A DNA stretch of 64,000 nucleotides, from positions 6,897-70,896 of IMG/VR virus record IMGVR_UViG_3300012663_000707; one strand, written 5' to 3'. The DNA is from a virus. Lineage: Duplodnaviria > Heunggongvirae > Uroviricota > Caudoviricetes. The notes below the pieces were generated by a model that had not been told where the DNA came from, did no database searches, and was given only the letters and a program-made list of their open reading frames with translations. A program made the position numbers and the translations under genes. This document shows positions 45,997 to 57,400 of the stretch, one piece after another (position 1 is the first letter of the stretch; each line of letters opens with the position of its first letter).

Positions 45997-46545
45997 TCAA
46001 TCTATTTCAATTCTTAAATCAAGCTTGTTATAAACAAAGTTCAATTCGAATGTATTAAATGCGGCAACGTTTTCTGAAAAACTTAGATTTAAATCATTCA
46101 TAGATTTTAAAATAGGTTTTTGAAATTCCATATATGCAACACTAGCTCCTTCAGCATCCAAGATTCTTAATGTTAAATCTTGACAATAAGGATCCTTAGT
46201 ACTTCTTGCATAATACCACAATAACGTATCCATCATGATCCAGTAATTAATGTAACCATCTAATAGTTGCATGGTCACTGTAAATTCCCTATTAATCGTA
46301 TTTTGGATTGGCACTGCTCCTCTATGGTATCTTAACGTACCGTCATTATCTTGTAAAGTTACCGGATCAAAAGAAACTCCAGGTATATTAATGCCTTGAA
46401 CTGAATAATTTACAATATCAATAGGTTCTGCTAAAAGAGCACCAGGAATTTTATCCATGTACTTTCTGTACTTGGCAGCAACTACTTCCGGAATAAACTT
46501 TCTCGGAAATTTAAAGTCGAATGAATTATTTCTACTACTTAACAT
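45997..46545 (-). CDS. hypothetical virion protein (182 aa)
   Basis: Within the contiguous structural operon. Confidence 0.45.
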   Translation of the reverse strand: MLSSRNNSFDFKFPRKFIPEVVAAKYRKYMDKIPGALLAEPIDIVNYSVQGINIPGVSFDPVTLQDNDGTLRYHRGAVPIQNTINREFTVTMQLLDGYINYWIMMDTLLWYYARSTKDPYCQDLTLRILDAEGASVAYMEFQKPILKSMNDLNLSFSENVAAFNTFELNFVYNKLDLRIEID

Positions 46546-46547
46546 GC

Positions 46548-48608
46548 TTAGATATTAAAATTACCTTTAGTAACCATAGTTTCTGTGGTTCCGTTATTAA
46601 TTGAAATGTAGAATTTATTATTGGCCATCCCTCTAATTGCAGCAGCATTAGCATCATTAATAAAGAATAAAACTTCACCAGTTGCCATGTTGATACTTTG
46701 ATCAGTTACATGGTTAAATCTAAGTTTGTTTTGTCCATCAATAAATGAAAGTACTACATTCTCGACGTTATCGAAAGTTAGGTACTCTAAATCGTTACCT
46801 CTTAATTTAGCAATCTTAAATTTGTAATAACTTGCAAATGGAGATACGTAAATATTTAGATCGTTCTCGTTAACATAAGGCATTGTATCTACTTCAATTG
46901 CTTCAACTTGTCCATTAACTCCAGTCGAAGCTAAAAATTCTACGTTTGATGCAGAAGCTACTACATTATATCTTTCTACAAATGCAGGTACTTTTTTAAT
47001 GCTTCTAGGCATTGTACTACTAATCAAGTCTCTAACCGCTCTATTCGCACTTACGTTGGGCAGGATGTTATAAATCTCAGTAGTTGCGTTACCATTCAAT
47101 TTAACTTGCAATAGTCTCTTACCGTACTTACCGGCTTGTGGTATTGTCAATGACGCTTTCTTTACAATCTGCGTATTATCAGTTTGGTTATAAATTCTCA
47201 TCGTAACATCGATTGAGAAGTTAACCGCAATATTTGAATTAATAACAACCGGTCTAAAAAGAATCGGTGTACTAAAGTCTTCTGTTTGTGAGAATATCGT
47301 TGAGAATGTTTTAACTTCACTAGCTCCAATTTGTTCAAACTGTTCTACTTCATATAGAACTACAATATCATCGCTTGTTAAATTAATTCTTTCTAAGATG
47401 TAAGCCTCAAATTTTTCAATTGCCCCGAATCTTTCACCGTAGATTTTAAAGTAATCTCCATCTGGTGCATCTTCTACAACTACTGTAAAACTCTGGAACT
47501 CATCTTCTCTAGATACAGTTAAACTATTTTCTAGACCAGTAAAAATATAATCGAATCCGTTGATAGTTTTCAACTGATCAATCATCTTTAGATTGATCTT
47601 ATAATTTGTATCTACTTTAAGATCCGAAGAGTTTGCGGTACCATCACCGTAGAATAAATCCAAGAATTCAGGATTTTGTTGTACTACTGTCGGTAATTTA
47701 ACCTCAATAAATTTAGCATATAAAGTTTCTCCTAAGATAAAAGGCTTAGGGTTTGCAATTTCATAATTTGAAGTATTAAGATATACAAGTTGCGTTAAGT
47801 TATTTGATACTCCTGAATTTCTTTCAGCAAGTACTTCAAACATAAAACCTTGTAAACCTCTTGAAGCAAAAGAATATCCGCTTCTTAAATGCAATCTAAC
47901 AGTATCGTATTTGATATAGTTAATATTTGCAGTATTATAACTTTGGCTTTGGATTAAATCAGTCTCTTTAGAACCTAACCAAGCAGTATTGTTATTAATA
48001 TAATTGAACTTCTCATAAGTACCCGTAGAATCATAACCGATTAAAGCATACTTAGTTTTATCTTCAGCGGTTTGAACTGCATGGTATCTACCTAAAGTTT
48101 GGTTTATATCGTTACCTGTATTTTCACTTGGATTTGCAAAAAATGGATTTGCTTTTGCAGCAACTGTAATCTTACCACCAATTAAACCAGGGTATTCATA
48201 AGAAACCGTACCGTTTTGAGTTGGTACATAAGTGCCTATTCCAGACGATACTGAAAATGACCAGATACCTAAATTACCTGTAATTTGAAAATCAGCAGGA
48301 TTAGAAAGAGCACTAAGATCAAACTTATAAGTCTTTCCGTTTTGTAGTAATAAAGTTCTTGCTGCAAAACTTTCAATTGCGATATAACCACTGGTTGATG
48401 TCACATCAAAGTTAACAACATCAGATCCAAGTTCATGAATCAAGTGTCTCTTCGAGAAAGAATCTCCAAGTACTGTATCGACAAACATAACTTCACTACC
48501 ATTGTCATCAACTTCAATATGATATGCAGTTGGGTTTGATTGATCATGATAGATGAATTCTAGTAGAATGTCTTGGTCTATTCTATAATATTTAGATGAT
48601 TGTGCCAT
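46548..48608 (-). CDS. virion structural protein (686 aa)
   Basis: Large ORF within the structural operon. Confidence 0.5.
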   Translation of the reverse strand: MAQSSKYYRIDQDILLEFIYHDQSNPTAYHIEVDDNGSEVMFVDTVLGDSFSKRHLIHELGSDVVNFDVTSTSGYIAIESFAARTLLLQNGKTYKFDLSALSNPADFQITGNLGIWSFSVSSGIGTYVPTQNGTVSYEYPGLIGGKITVAAKANPFFANPSENTGNDINQTLGRYHAVQTAEDKTKYALIGYDSTGTYEKFNYINNNTAWLGSKETDLIQSQSYNTANINYIKYDTVRLHLRSGYSFASRGLQGFMFEVLAERNSGVSNNLTQLVYLNTSNYEIANPKPFILGETLYAKFIEVKLPTVVQQNPEFLDLFYGDGTANSSDLKVDTNYKINLKMIDQLKTINGFDYIFTGLENSLTVSREDEFQSFTVVVEDAPDGDYFKIYGERFGAIEKFEAYILERINLTSDDIVVLYEVEQFEQIGASEVKTFSTIFSQTEDFSTPILFRPVVINSNIAVNFSIDVTMRIYNQTDNTQIVKKASLTIPQAGKYGKRLLQVKLNGNATTEIYNILPNVSANRAVRDLISSTMPRSIKKVPAFVERYNVVASASNVEFLASTGVNGQVEAIEVDTMPYVNENDLNIYVSPFASYYKFKIAKLRGNDLEYLTFDNVENVVLSFIDGQNKLRFNHVTDQSINMATGEVLFFINDANAAAIRGMANNKFYISINNGTTETMVTKGNFNI

Positions 48609-48610
48609 AC

Positions 48611-49435
48611 TTAGTTAAATCTTAGCCATTTTGGTGACCAGATAGCATTAATGCCAATGGTCGGACCGAACGATACAATATTTCCAGGAGTTAAGCATAC
48701 GCCATAACCAACACCAAGTCCAATCGACCATCCAGCTTTCTTTTCGAGCTTCTGGTTCAGTTTATTATTTATCAGGTTTATATTTTCAATGTCATTGAAT
48801 TTTAAACCTGGGTAATCTGTTGTTATTTTTAATTGTTGCACTCCAGTTGATTCATCAATTGCAGCGACCAATTTTATATTTTGATCCAATACAAAGATTG
48901 GATTTTGTGCGATAATTTCATTTGTAAGATAGTTTCTCTTAACAATCACAGATCCCTTTAAAGATCTAGAATTCCCATTACCAAAATCATTTGTTTTATC
49001 AAATTCTAATCTGGTCGTTAAACTATCTACTTTAACTTGTCTTAAGTTTGCAATAATACTATCTTTGATTCCAATGTCAAACATCAATAAAGAGTTAACA
49101 TTCTTTAAATCCTTATTTAAGTTTAACGCAGTTCTATACTTTTCAGTTAGTTTCTTCTGTTCATCTCTTAAGTTTGCAACATCAAATTCATAACTTTTAA
49201 TTTCAGCAACAAGACCACCTGTTTTATTCTTATAATAACGAACGCTATCATTTGCAGCATTATTGTTATTAATTTCACGTTGTGTTGATTCGGTTGCAGC
49301 CTTTACATCTTGTTTTAAGTCTGATATTTGATTACATTGCTTTAGGAACAATAAAATAAAAAGCATGCCCAAAACAAAGGATATAAGCCCTCTATTTTTA
49401 TCTATTATGTCTAACCATTTTTTCATTGTTTCCAT
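48611..49435 (-). CDS. membrane-anchored coiled-coil protein (274 aa)
   Basis: N-terminal TM helix (LISFVLGMLFILLFL) and a coiled-coil region. Confidence 0.45.
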   Translation of the reverse strand: METMKKWLDIIDKNRGLISFVLGMLFILLFLKQCNQISDLKQDVKAATESTQREINNNNAANDSVRYYKNKTGGLVAEIKSYEFDVANLRDEQKKLTEKYRTALNLNKDLKNVNSLLMFDIGIKDSIIANLRQVKVDSLTTRLEFDKTNDFGNGNSRSLKGSVIVKRNYLTNEIIAQNPIFVLDQNIKLVAAIDESTGVQQLKITTDYPGLKFNDIENINLINNKLNQKLEKKAGWSIGLGVGYGVCLTPGNIVSFGPTIGINAIWSPKWLRFN

Positions 49436-49443
49436 ATTAATTA

Positions 49444-51468
49444 TTAGTTACCTCCTGCTGGTCCACCGTTAATACCCGCCAAACTAATACTGCCATCTTC
49501 AGTATACATTGCTCTAACTGTCGAAATCACTGGTTGATCAAATGAATCATCATTAGTAGGCATTACAAAATTAAATTCTAAAGTTACTTTACCAACTAAA
49601 TTCCATGCTGCAGAAAAATCTTCTAGATTCATATAAGTTGCAGTCCAATTGTTAGGATCAATACCAGATGTTCCAGCTGCTTCTGGTGATGTACCTGGTA
49701 TTGTAACTTCTCTAGACTTAACTTGCATAATATTAAAACAAGCTTGTCCAGGGAAGATTACACCATAATATTGCATATTTTCTTCAGACAATGCAGTAGG
49801 TGACACATAATCCAATCCTTGTAAACTAACGGTAATAGGGAAGATTACTTTCTGTCCACTAGTCACGTTTCTATAAGGCCATGTTTTTGCTTGTGCTGGA
49901 AATATACCTATTCTTGATACTTTAGCAGCCGAACTTTCAGAAGTTCCTGTTGTTTGTCCTCTAAAATTAACAGAACCAGCTGGATTTAATTGATAATTAA
50001 CAGGATGCGGCCAAAACGTAATATTACCCCAAACTGATACTTGGTGTCCTACCTTTGTATAAGATATTTTTGAAGCAACAGTATCGATCATTACAGATAC
50101 TGGTGTTTTAGGATATGCTTCATCACCAACAGCACTAATTCTCCTATGTGTATAGAATAAATCAGTACTAATTTTATCCACTGTAGTTTCAATGGTTCTA
50201 GTAATCTGAGAACCCGACGCGTAACTATTATCAAACGGTGACGTATCAGTAGAAGTTACAACAGAATCATCTGCTACAACAGAACTACGGTAAAAATAAT
50301 CATGAATCGTTCTTCTATCAATTGCACTACCATAATTAGGCGGTTGTAAACCAGACGATGCACTCTTTGCAGCGTAAGCAGGTCCATCATTAGAACCTAA
50401 AAAGACAATCTTTTTACCAGTGTTAACAAATAAATCTTGTTTTGCTAAAATAGCTTTATTAAAGTTATTAACACCATCATTTTGTACATCTCCTATTTTT
50501 ACAACTTCATCAGAAGTAGTACCTCCGATATAAATTCTAATGATATTATCGTTAGCTGTTTCTTCAGCTGTAATATAAGTATCTCCATCTGTATCTTGTA
50601 ATCCACCGATTGGTTTCCAAGCAGCTCCATAATAACCTTCAAATGCATTATTTTCAGTATTATATCTGGTCATACCTTGCAACGGAGTCCCAGGTCTTTG
50701 TGAATCATCACCGACTGGAAACTTAATAGCACTTGTAGTATCAAAATTAGTATAATCTCTAATAGTCACTGGCATGTCAACGTCCAAGATTCCAGCACCA
50801 TCAGTTTCAAATACAATATTTGTATCTGCTAAAGGTTTAAGTCTTATTTGTTGACCTTGGATTAAAAATTCACTAGAGTTAGCTAATAATGTAATTTTAT
50901 CTAGATCCATTTTAAAGGCAATATCAGTATTACCAAGATCCTTTAAGAATCTAAATTCTGTATAACCTCCATCAACAACACTAGTTATCCTAGCATTTTT
51001 ATTACTTGCATGTCTAAACCTAATATACTCATCAAAGATACCATCTTCTTTTTCTAATGTAAGTCTAGCGTTGCTATCATTTACACCTTCAGCATTAGTA
51101 GTTTCATCATATGAACTATCTCCTAAATAAAGAGCAGCAAAATTAAGGTATTGTGTAGGAGTACCATCTCCATCAACATCAATCGATGTTTTAGGTTTAA
51201 GAATTACAGCATCTCCACTAACATGTTCAATAACACCCCAAGGTGAATCCGTAACTCCAACTTCACCTTTTAAACCAATTTCACCTTTGTCACCTTTACC
51301 ACCTTTTAAGCCGGTTAAACCCTGGTCACCCTGGATTCCTTTTTCACCTTTAGGTCCAGTTGGTCCACCTCCATTTGCAAGGATTTGGTCAAAATTATAG
51401 TTGACTTTACCCCATTTAATAGAGTCAGAGTCAGTTGGGTGTAGTACTTCTTTTATATTAATCGCCAT
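49444..51468 (-). CDS. collagen-like repeat tail fibre protein
   Basis: G-X-Y repeats GPTGPKGEKGIQGDQGLTGLKGGKGDKGEIGLKGEVG near the N-terminus (about 51250-51370); 674 aa. Confidence 0.7.
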   Translation of the reverse strand: MAINIKEVLHPTDSDSIKWGKVNYNFDQILANGGGPTGPKGEKGIQGDQGLTGLKGGKGDKGEIGLKGEVGVTDSPWGVIEHVSGDAVILKPKTSIDVDGDGTPTQYLNFAALYLGDSSYDETTNAEGVNDSNARLTLEKEDGIFDEYIRFRHASNKNARITSVVDGGYTEFRFLKDLGNTDIAFKMDLDKITLLANSSEFLIQGQQIRLKPLADTNIVFETDGAGILDVDMPVTIRDYTNFDTTSAIKFPVGDDSQRPGTPLQGMTRYNTENNAFEGYYGAAWKPIGGLQDTDGDTYITAEETANDNIIRIYIGGTTSDEVVKIGDVQNDGVNNFNKAILAKQDLFVNTGKKIVFLGSNDGPAYAAKSASSGLQPPNYGSAIDRRTIHDYFYRSSVVADDSVVTSTDTSPFDNSYASGSQITRTIETTVDKISTDLFYTHRRISAVGDEAYPKTPVSVMIDTVASKISYTKVGHQVSVWGNITFWPHPVNYQLNPAGSVNFRGQTTGTSESSAAKVSRIGIFPAQAKTWPYRNVTSGQKVIFPITVSLQGLDYVSPTALSEENMQYYGVIFPGQACFNIMQVKSREVTIPGTSPEAAGTSGIDPNNWTATYMNLEDFSAAWNLVGKVTLEFNFVMPTNDDSFDQPVISTVRAMYTEDGSISLAGINGGPAGGN

Positions 51469-51469
51469 T

Positions 51470-54400
51470 TTATGACTTTATTTTTACCATAGGACGTATG
51501 TCGTATGAATATCCTAGTCTTTTATTATATATCAACCTGAAATTAAGCGGAGTTTGACCATGCATCTTATACGTATATGATGTGTCTTCAGCAAATCCAG
51601 TTGAACTTAATTCAGCAAGAGTTGAACTACTGATCACATTAGATACTGTTTCTTTCTGAGGTCTAACATATAGACTAATACCGTTGATTGTATACAAATC
51701 TAATAGATTTTTAAATACATAAGATTCTGTGTCATCAATTAATGAAGTCTTATCTCCGATTGAATCTTGTGGATTTATAAATCTAGTCAATGTATTTAAT
51801 ACACCATCATCTTTTAGCCTTTTATAAACCACGTCTGTCATATAGAAATCTATAACCACTCTATTTCTATCTTCAAATATAACAACATCAGTCTTATTAT
51901 TTGAATTCTTTAAAATCAGATCTAGATCTTCTTCGGTATCAACTACCATTGATGTAAATGCAGTCAAATCATATAAAGCTTTTACAGTCATTATGGTTGA
52001 AGCCATATAAGATCTTTCTTCAATTGCATCTAGAGTTCCAGGTACTTGTTCAGTTCTACCAGCCTCTAAAGATCTAGTATAATAGAAATTATCCCATGAA
52101 GATCTAAATACATTTACATCTTTTTTGTCAATTGCAATTTCACCAATCAAAGGATATAACGGTGAGTCTTCAGCAGAAGCACTTAATTTAGTTACTGACG
52201 TCGGATTGATTTCATTTACTTTATGATAGAAATGGTTTTTAATTTTACCCCAATTAGAATCATGTGTTCCATCATCTTTGATGAAACCAATATTAAATGA
52301 GATTCCAGTTCTATTATATTTTTTATAGTATGATTTAGCAATATTAATTGCAACAATATCAGTTAACGAATGTTTGTATAAAGCTTCTTCAAATTGCTTT
52401 TCATACGGATTAAAAGTAAACTGATCAGTATTGGATTTAAAATGCGTATATAAATCAGTGAACGTAACCACAGGTGTAAGATCAACTGTGTAGTTTCCTG
52501 AATGTCTAACCAACGTTGGATAGTAAACTCCAGTTTCTTCAATTTGATAACCGATTGCGCCTTTAAATAATTTATAACTTTTAGGAATATTAGGATCCTC
52601 CGTAATTGTTAAATTAGAGATCTTTAAGAATTCCTTACCATTATCAAATTCAACCGTAAATCTATTGCTTAATTGAGTACCATCTTCTTCAATTGTAGTA
52701 TACTTAATTAACTCATCATTAGTTCTTAATAAATTAGCAACATAACCAATAGAAAGCTTATTCAATAAAGTAGTGTTTGCATTTGCACCTCCATTTTGAT
52801 AGATATAACTTGCATTAGCAATTTGGGATTGACTAAGATATTGTGGTTGTAGGAAATTAGTAGGATCTGTAATATCTACAGGTAAGCCTTTAATTTCTAT
52901 TTCAGTCGAACTTATAACTGAAATTACATCAATTGCATAAGTAGTTCCTGTACCATAATCAACCAGAATTTTACCGTAAATTTTATCAGCACCTAAAGTC
53001 ATTTGTACATCAAATATAGGATCTGTATTATTTCCAATATGGTGTATACCTTTTACAAGGTAAGGTCCTTGTGCTGCAAAATCTACTATATTTAAGGCTA
53101 ATGCTCCATCTAATTGAAGATCACTATATTCGTAACCCATAGTTATATCATTAACAACATCATGTTGTAATTCATACATTAATTTTCGGTTCATATAACC
53201 ATGAGTCCATACGTCCGCAATATTTAATGTGATGTAGAATATTACAAAATCAAACTTCTTGTTTTGAATTACTTCATAGTCAATTGAATTACTTGCAGCG
53301 CCAGCATTAACTTTAACAAGTGTGCTAAATCTATAACCATTAAACTCTGTGCCCTTTAAAAATTCAGATGGATTTGCTTTATCAAATTCCTTTCTATTTT
53401 TAAAGAATACTTTAATGCCTTTAAATATTGTACTTGCAAAAGATAAATCACTACCTCCATCAACCGGACTATATTTTTTTGATCTATCAGTTTTAAGGAA
53501 AGTATTTATGTCAAAATTACCCTCATTAACAGACATTAAGTCTGAAGAATCTGACATAACTTCTAGGCCATCCATGATCATAAACCTATCAAAATAATCA
53601 GCCGTTGTACTTTTAAATAAATCTTTAGTTAATTCAAAACCTTGTACAAAATTAACATAACTAAAAGAATCATTAACCATATTATATCTAAAGTAGACTG
53701 GTAACTTATCTAAGTAGAACCATTCATGTGTGAATAGATCTTTATTTCTATCGACTGCAGTTATATCTGGCGTAAAATTAGTTTTACCAAATGCTTCATT
53801 TGCATTTAAGTAATATGGATTATCTCTACATGTAAATGCATCTTTTAAAACCCATTTATTAATCGTAGGTACCACTCTAGAATCCAGAGCAAATGTCTTA
53901 TTATAGTTTTCTTTTAATCTATCAAACTCATTTGTAATAGCAGCAGGTTCATCACTATGCACCGACTCATCTTTTAATAGAGGTTGTAGACCTGAAAAAT
54001 ATAAATCAGGGCTTAAACTAAAATCAGGACCAAAAATATTTAAAATATCTATTAATTCCCAGTAAACTAAATTTATAGGTGAATTAGCAATACCAGCAGG
54101 TACTGTAGTTAATGCTGTATAATTAGAACCTTGGTATTCAACCAGGTCGCCTGTATTATAACTAACAGTAGCATTCCATGCAACAGGTACGATATACGGT
54201 TGGTAATCTATATTAGCATCCGTTTCATATTTTAATTCTTTAAGATCAGAATTAGAAGTATCATAGAAATCAAAGTTCATGTCATACATATCATATGCAG
54301 AGAATAAACCTATTCTTAAACCAGACTCATGGTAAACCTTAGTCTCTCCTGAATCTATGTTTGAAGCTTCAGTTAAGATACATTTTTTATAGCCAAGTCT

Positions 54401-57400
54401 TAAATCATCAGTATAGTCTACGATGTCAATAATCTTATTATATTTGCCAGCATACATAGTCGGCAAATAATCTCCAATTACTAATTGAGATTGAGTCTCA
54501 TTAGTTACAAGGAATGATTTCTTAGGTGAATGTCCACCTTTTAAATAATGGGTAGTCCAATATGTTAGTATCACATCACTTAATTCTAGCTCGTTATTAG
54601 AATCTAAATTTTCAGCAGTAATGAACTGACTATTATTTGTTACAGCTAACATAAATGCATGTTGCATTAATTTATAACCGCCTATTTTAGCACTTACGTA
54701 AACATTATTTCCTAATGTAGTTGCTGTAAATTTACCAGCTTTATTCACTGCAGCAGCAATTGCAATTGCAATATCACTATAAGTACCATCCGATGAAAAT
54801 CTATTTTCAGAGAAAGTACCTTTGTCTAATTCACCAGGTGAAGCAGCAAAGAAAGTTTCATCTGCTAGACTTACGTTTGTATAAATACTATTAACTCGAA
54901 TAACGTTAGCATTCGCAACCGAAATATATAGACCTAAACTTTCTAAGCTAGCTTTCTTTTCAGTAAGTATAATTGTACTTACATCTGGTCTAGAAAGTTT
55001 AAATTGAGAACTAAATGAAGTAGAAGCGTTAAAACTTGTAGTAAAAGCATCAAACGCTGCTTCAATATCAGTCGAAGTATTAAAACTAAACGAGTTGCCA
55101 TGTACATCTTCTACAGTTACTGTAGTCGAAGGCATATGTTTTATGAATTTAAATTTAAATGCTTCTTCTTTAATTGATACCACTGCAAATTTATCGTTTG
55201 CGCCTGGAGTATCTACCACTTCAAGTTTGATATAATCATATCCGATATTATCATTCTTTAATATATTAACCGAAGGTCCTTTAGCATTAACACCTAATAA
55301 AGTTTTAATCTCATTTTGTGAATCTTCAACATTTAAGCTGTATTTAGATTCGTCGTAGAACTTGTTATTAGCGATCTTGTAATACTTACCGGCAATAGAA
55401 ACATAACCTAAGGTCGGTGTCTCTGACATCATCTTACTTGCTGGGATTGCGGACTGTGGTATCGTTGAATTCACATAAGAATCCAAAGATTTAAATTTAA
55501 GTTTACCTTTTTCAGCAACCGTTACATTTCCATAACCTGAATCAATATCATCTACGTAAAGTCCAAAGTATCTATTAACACTATAATCTGTTGAAGTAGG
55601 ATCATTGAACAAAAATTCAAGATTCATAATGTTAGCAACAGCCAACATATTTCTTTTAAAACCATCAGTAATTAAATCGTTTGCCTCAATTAAAGGTTTA
55701 TCTTTAACGACAAAGTCTTCGTACATATATTCAGCCTTAGTTGTAAAGCCACCTTTCTTTAAGTCAATTCCATTGTATGTTGATTTCTCTCCGTTTTCAA
55801 AAGAGAAAGTCAAAGGTGCTTTTGGGAAGAATTCATCTTGTACATGGTTTCTTAAATAGTTACCAATTGATGAACTTCTAGTTAGATCAAATGTTTTTAC
55901 GATCTCTGCATTTGCCAACATGGATTGAATTCTTTTCAAGTTATCAGAAGCACCATCGCCTAAACCTTTAGCATCGATCGGATTGTTAACTTTAAAGATA
56001 ACAAACATTTTAGGGATATTTACATCTAACCAAATAGGAGCAAATATTCTAAAGTCTTCATCGTGTAATTTAGAAAAATTAGAGATAGCACCAGATTGGT
56101 ATGTCTCTTCTAATTGGAACTGATATGAATCTAATACTGATAAATCCGAAGATTCTCTTTTAACAGCATACATTATTTCAGCAGGTGTTCTTCTAGTATT
56201 GTAGAACGCTGCTAAATCTTGAGCATACGAACTACTTCTACTTAATTCAAATTTCTTATATTCAACAGATGCTAACTCTTTAGTCGCATCAATAGATTCT
56301 AAAAATATCTGGTCGCTTTCATTAACCACCACTTTTACGTTTGTGGTTAATTTAGGATTTGTTCTAAGCAAAGGCTTGGATACATTATCCAAATTATAAT
56401 TCTTTTCAAGATCTAAATTTGGACCTTCTTCTTGAGGTACCGAACCTTCGATAACGCCAAATCCATAAGTACCAACTGGTGACGCATTAGTTGCGCATGC
56501 ATTACAATCAGATCTTAATGCCAATGTATTGTTACTAAAAATTCCAACGTATGCTGGATTTACTTGTTGAATCCAAGTGGCATCATAACCCGCAATCTGT
56601 ACTAATAATAACTCTGCTTCAGCAATACTGTTTGCAATTATTTTATGAGTATAACTCATGCATTCAGTTCCTGGAGTATTCTTAAATGTATTTAATCCAG
56701 TTGAATTAATTACATCTATAAAATTTGTAATATGATTTGTTTGCCCATTTAAGTGATCTCCATCGATCAAATACATTGGCCATAAAATTTGTGTATTGTT
56801 AACTACAGGTACACAAGACCAGAACGAATAGTATACTTTAGCAGCAAATGGATTTGGGCTCGTAATTAATTCAGTCCCGTAACCATTTGGCTGTTGATAT
56901 AATGAACAAGAACCACCAGTTGTAATTCCAGTACCAGATGTTAAAGCACCTGCATTATCAAAACCATACCATTGGTATGCAGTACCGTTATTATCATTAA
57001 TCCAAACATAGAATCCATCTGAATCATTTGGATCGTCTAATATATTTGTTTTAACCATAGTTAACGGGCTTGAATTATAAGCACCGCTTGCTGTATTATA
57101 AATAGGTATGTTATTAACAGCAATATCATTTAATGATAGGTTACTGTTCTCATCATACATATAATAGTATGTCTTCTGTTCTTTTACATCAGTACAGAAT
57201 TCTGCTACAGTAGGATCGTTATAATTTACAGATCTTTCTACAGTAATTGCATATAATTGTTGAGGTACTTGCACTGGACAAGGCGAACCTGAAGTCCATG
57301 TCAAAGAACTACTATTCCAAATATAAGGGAAAGCCGTTGATATACCAAAAATAGAATTTTGCCAAACGCCAGTTGAAGTTCCAATTTGCCCTGCATTTAA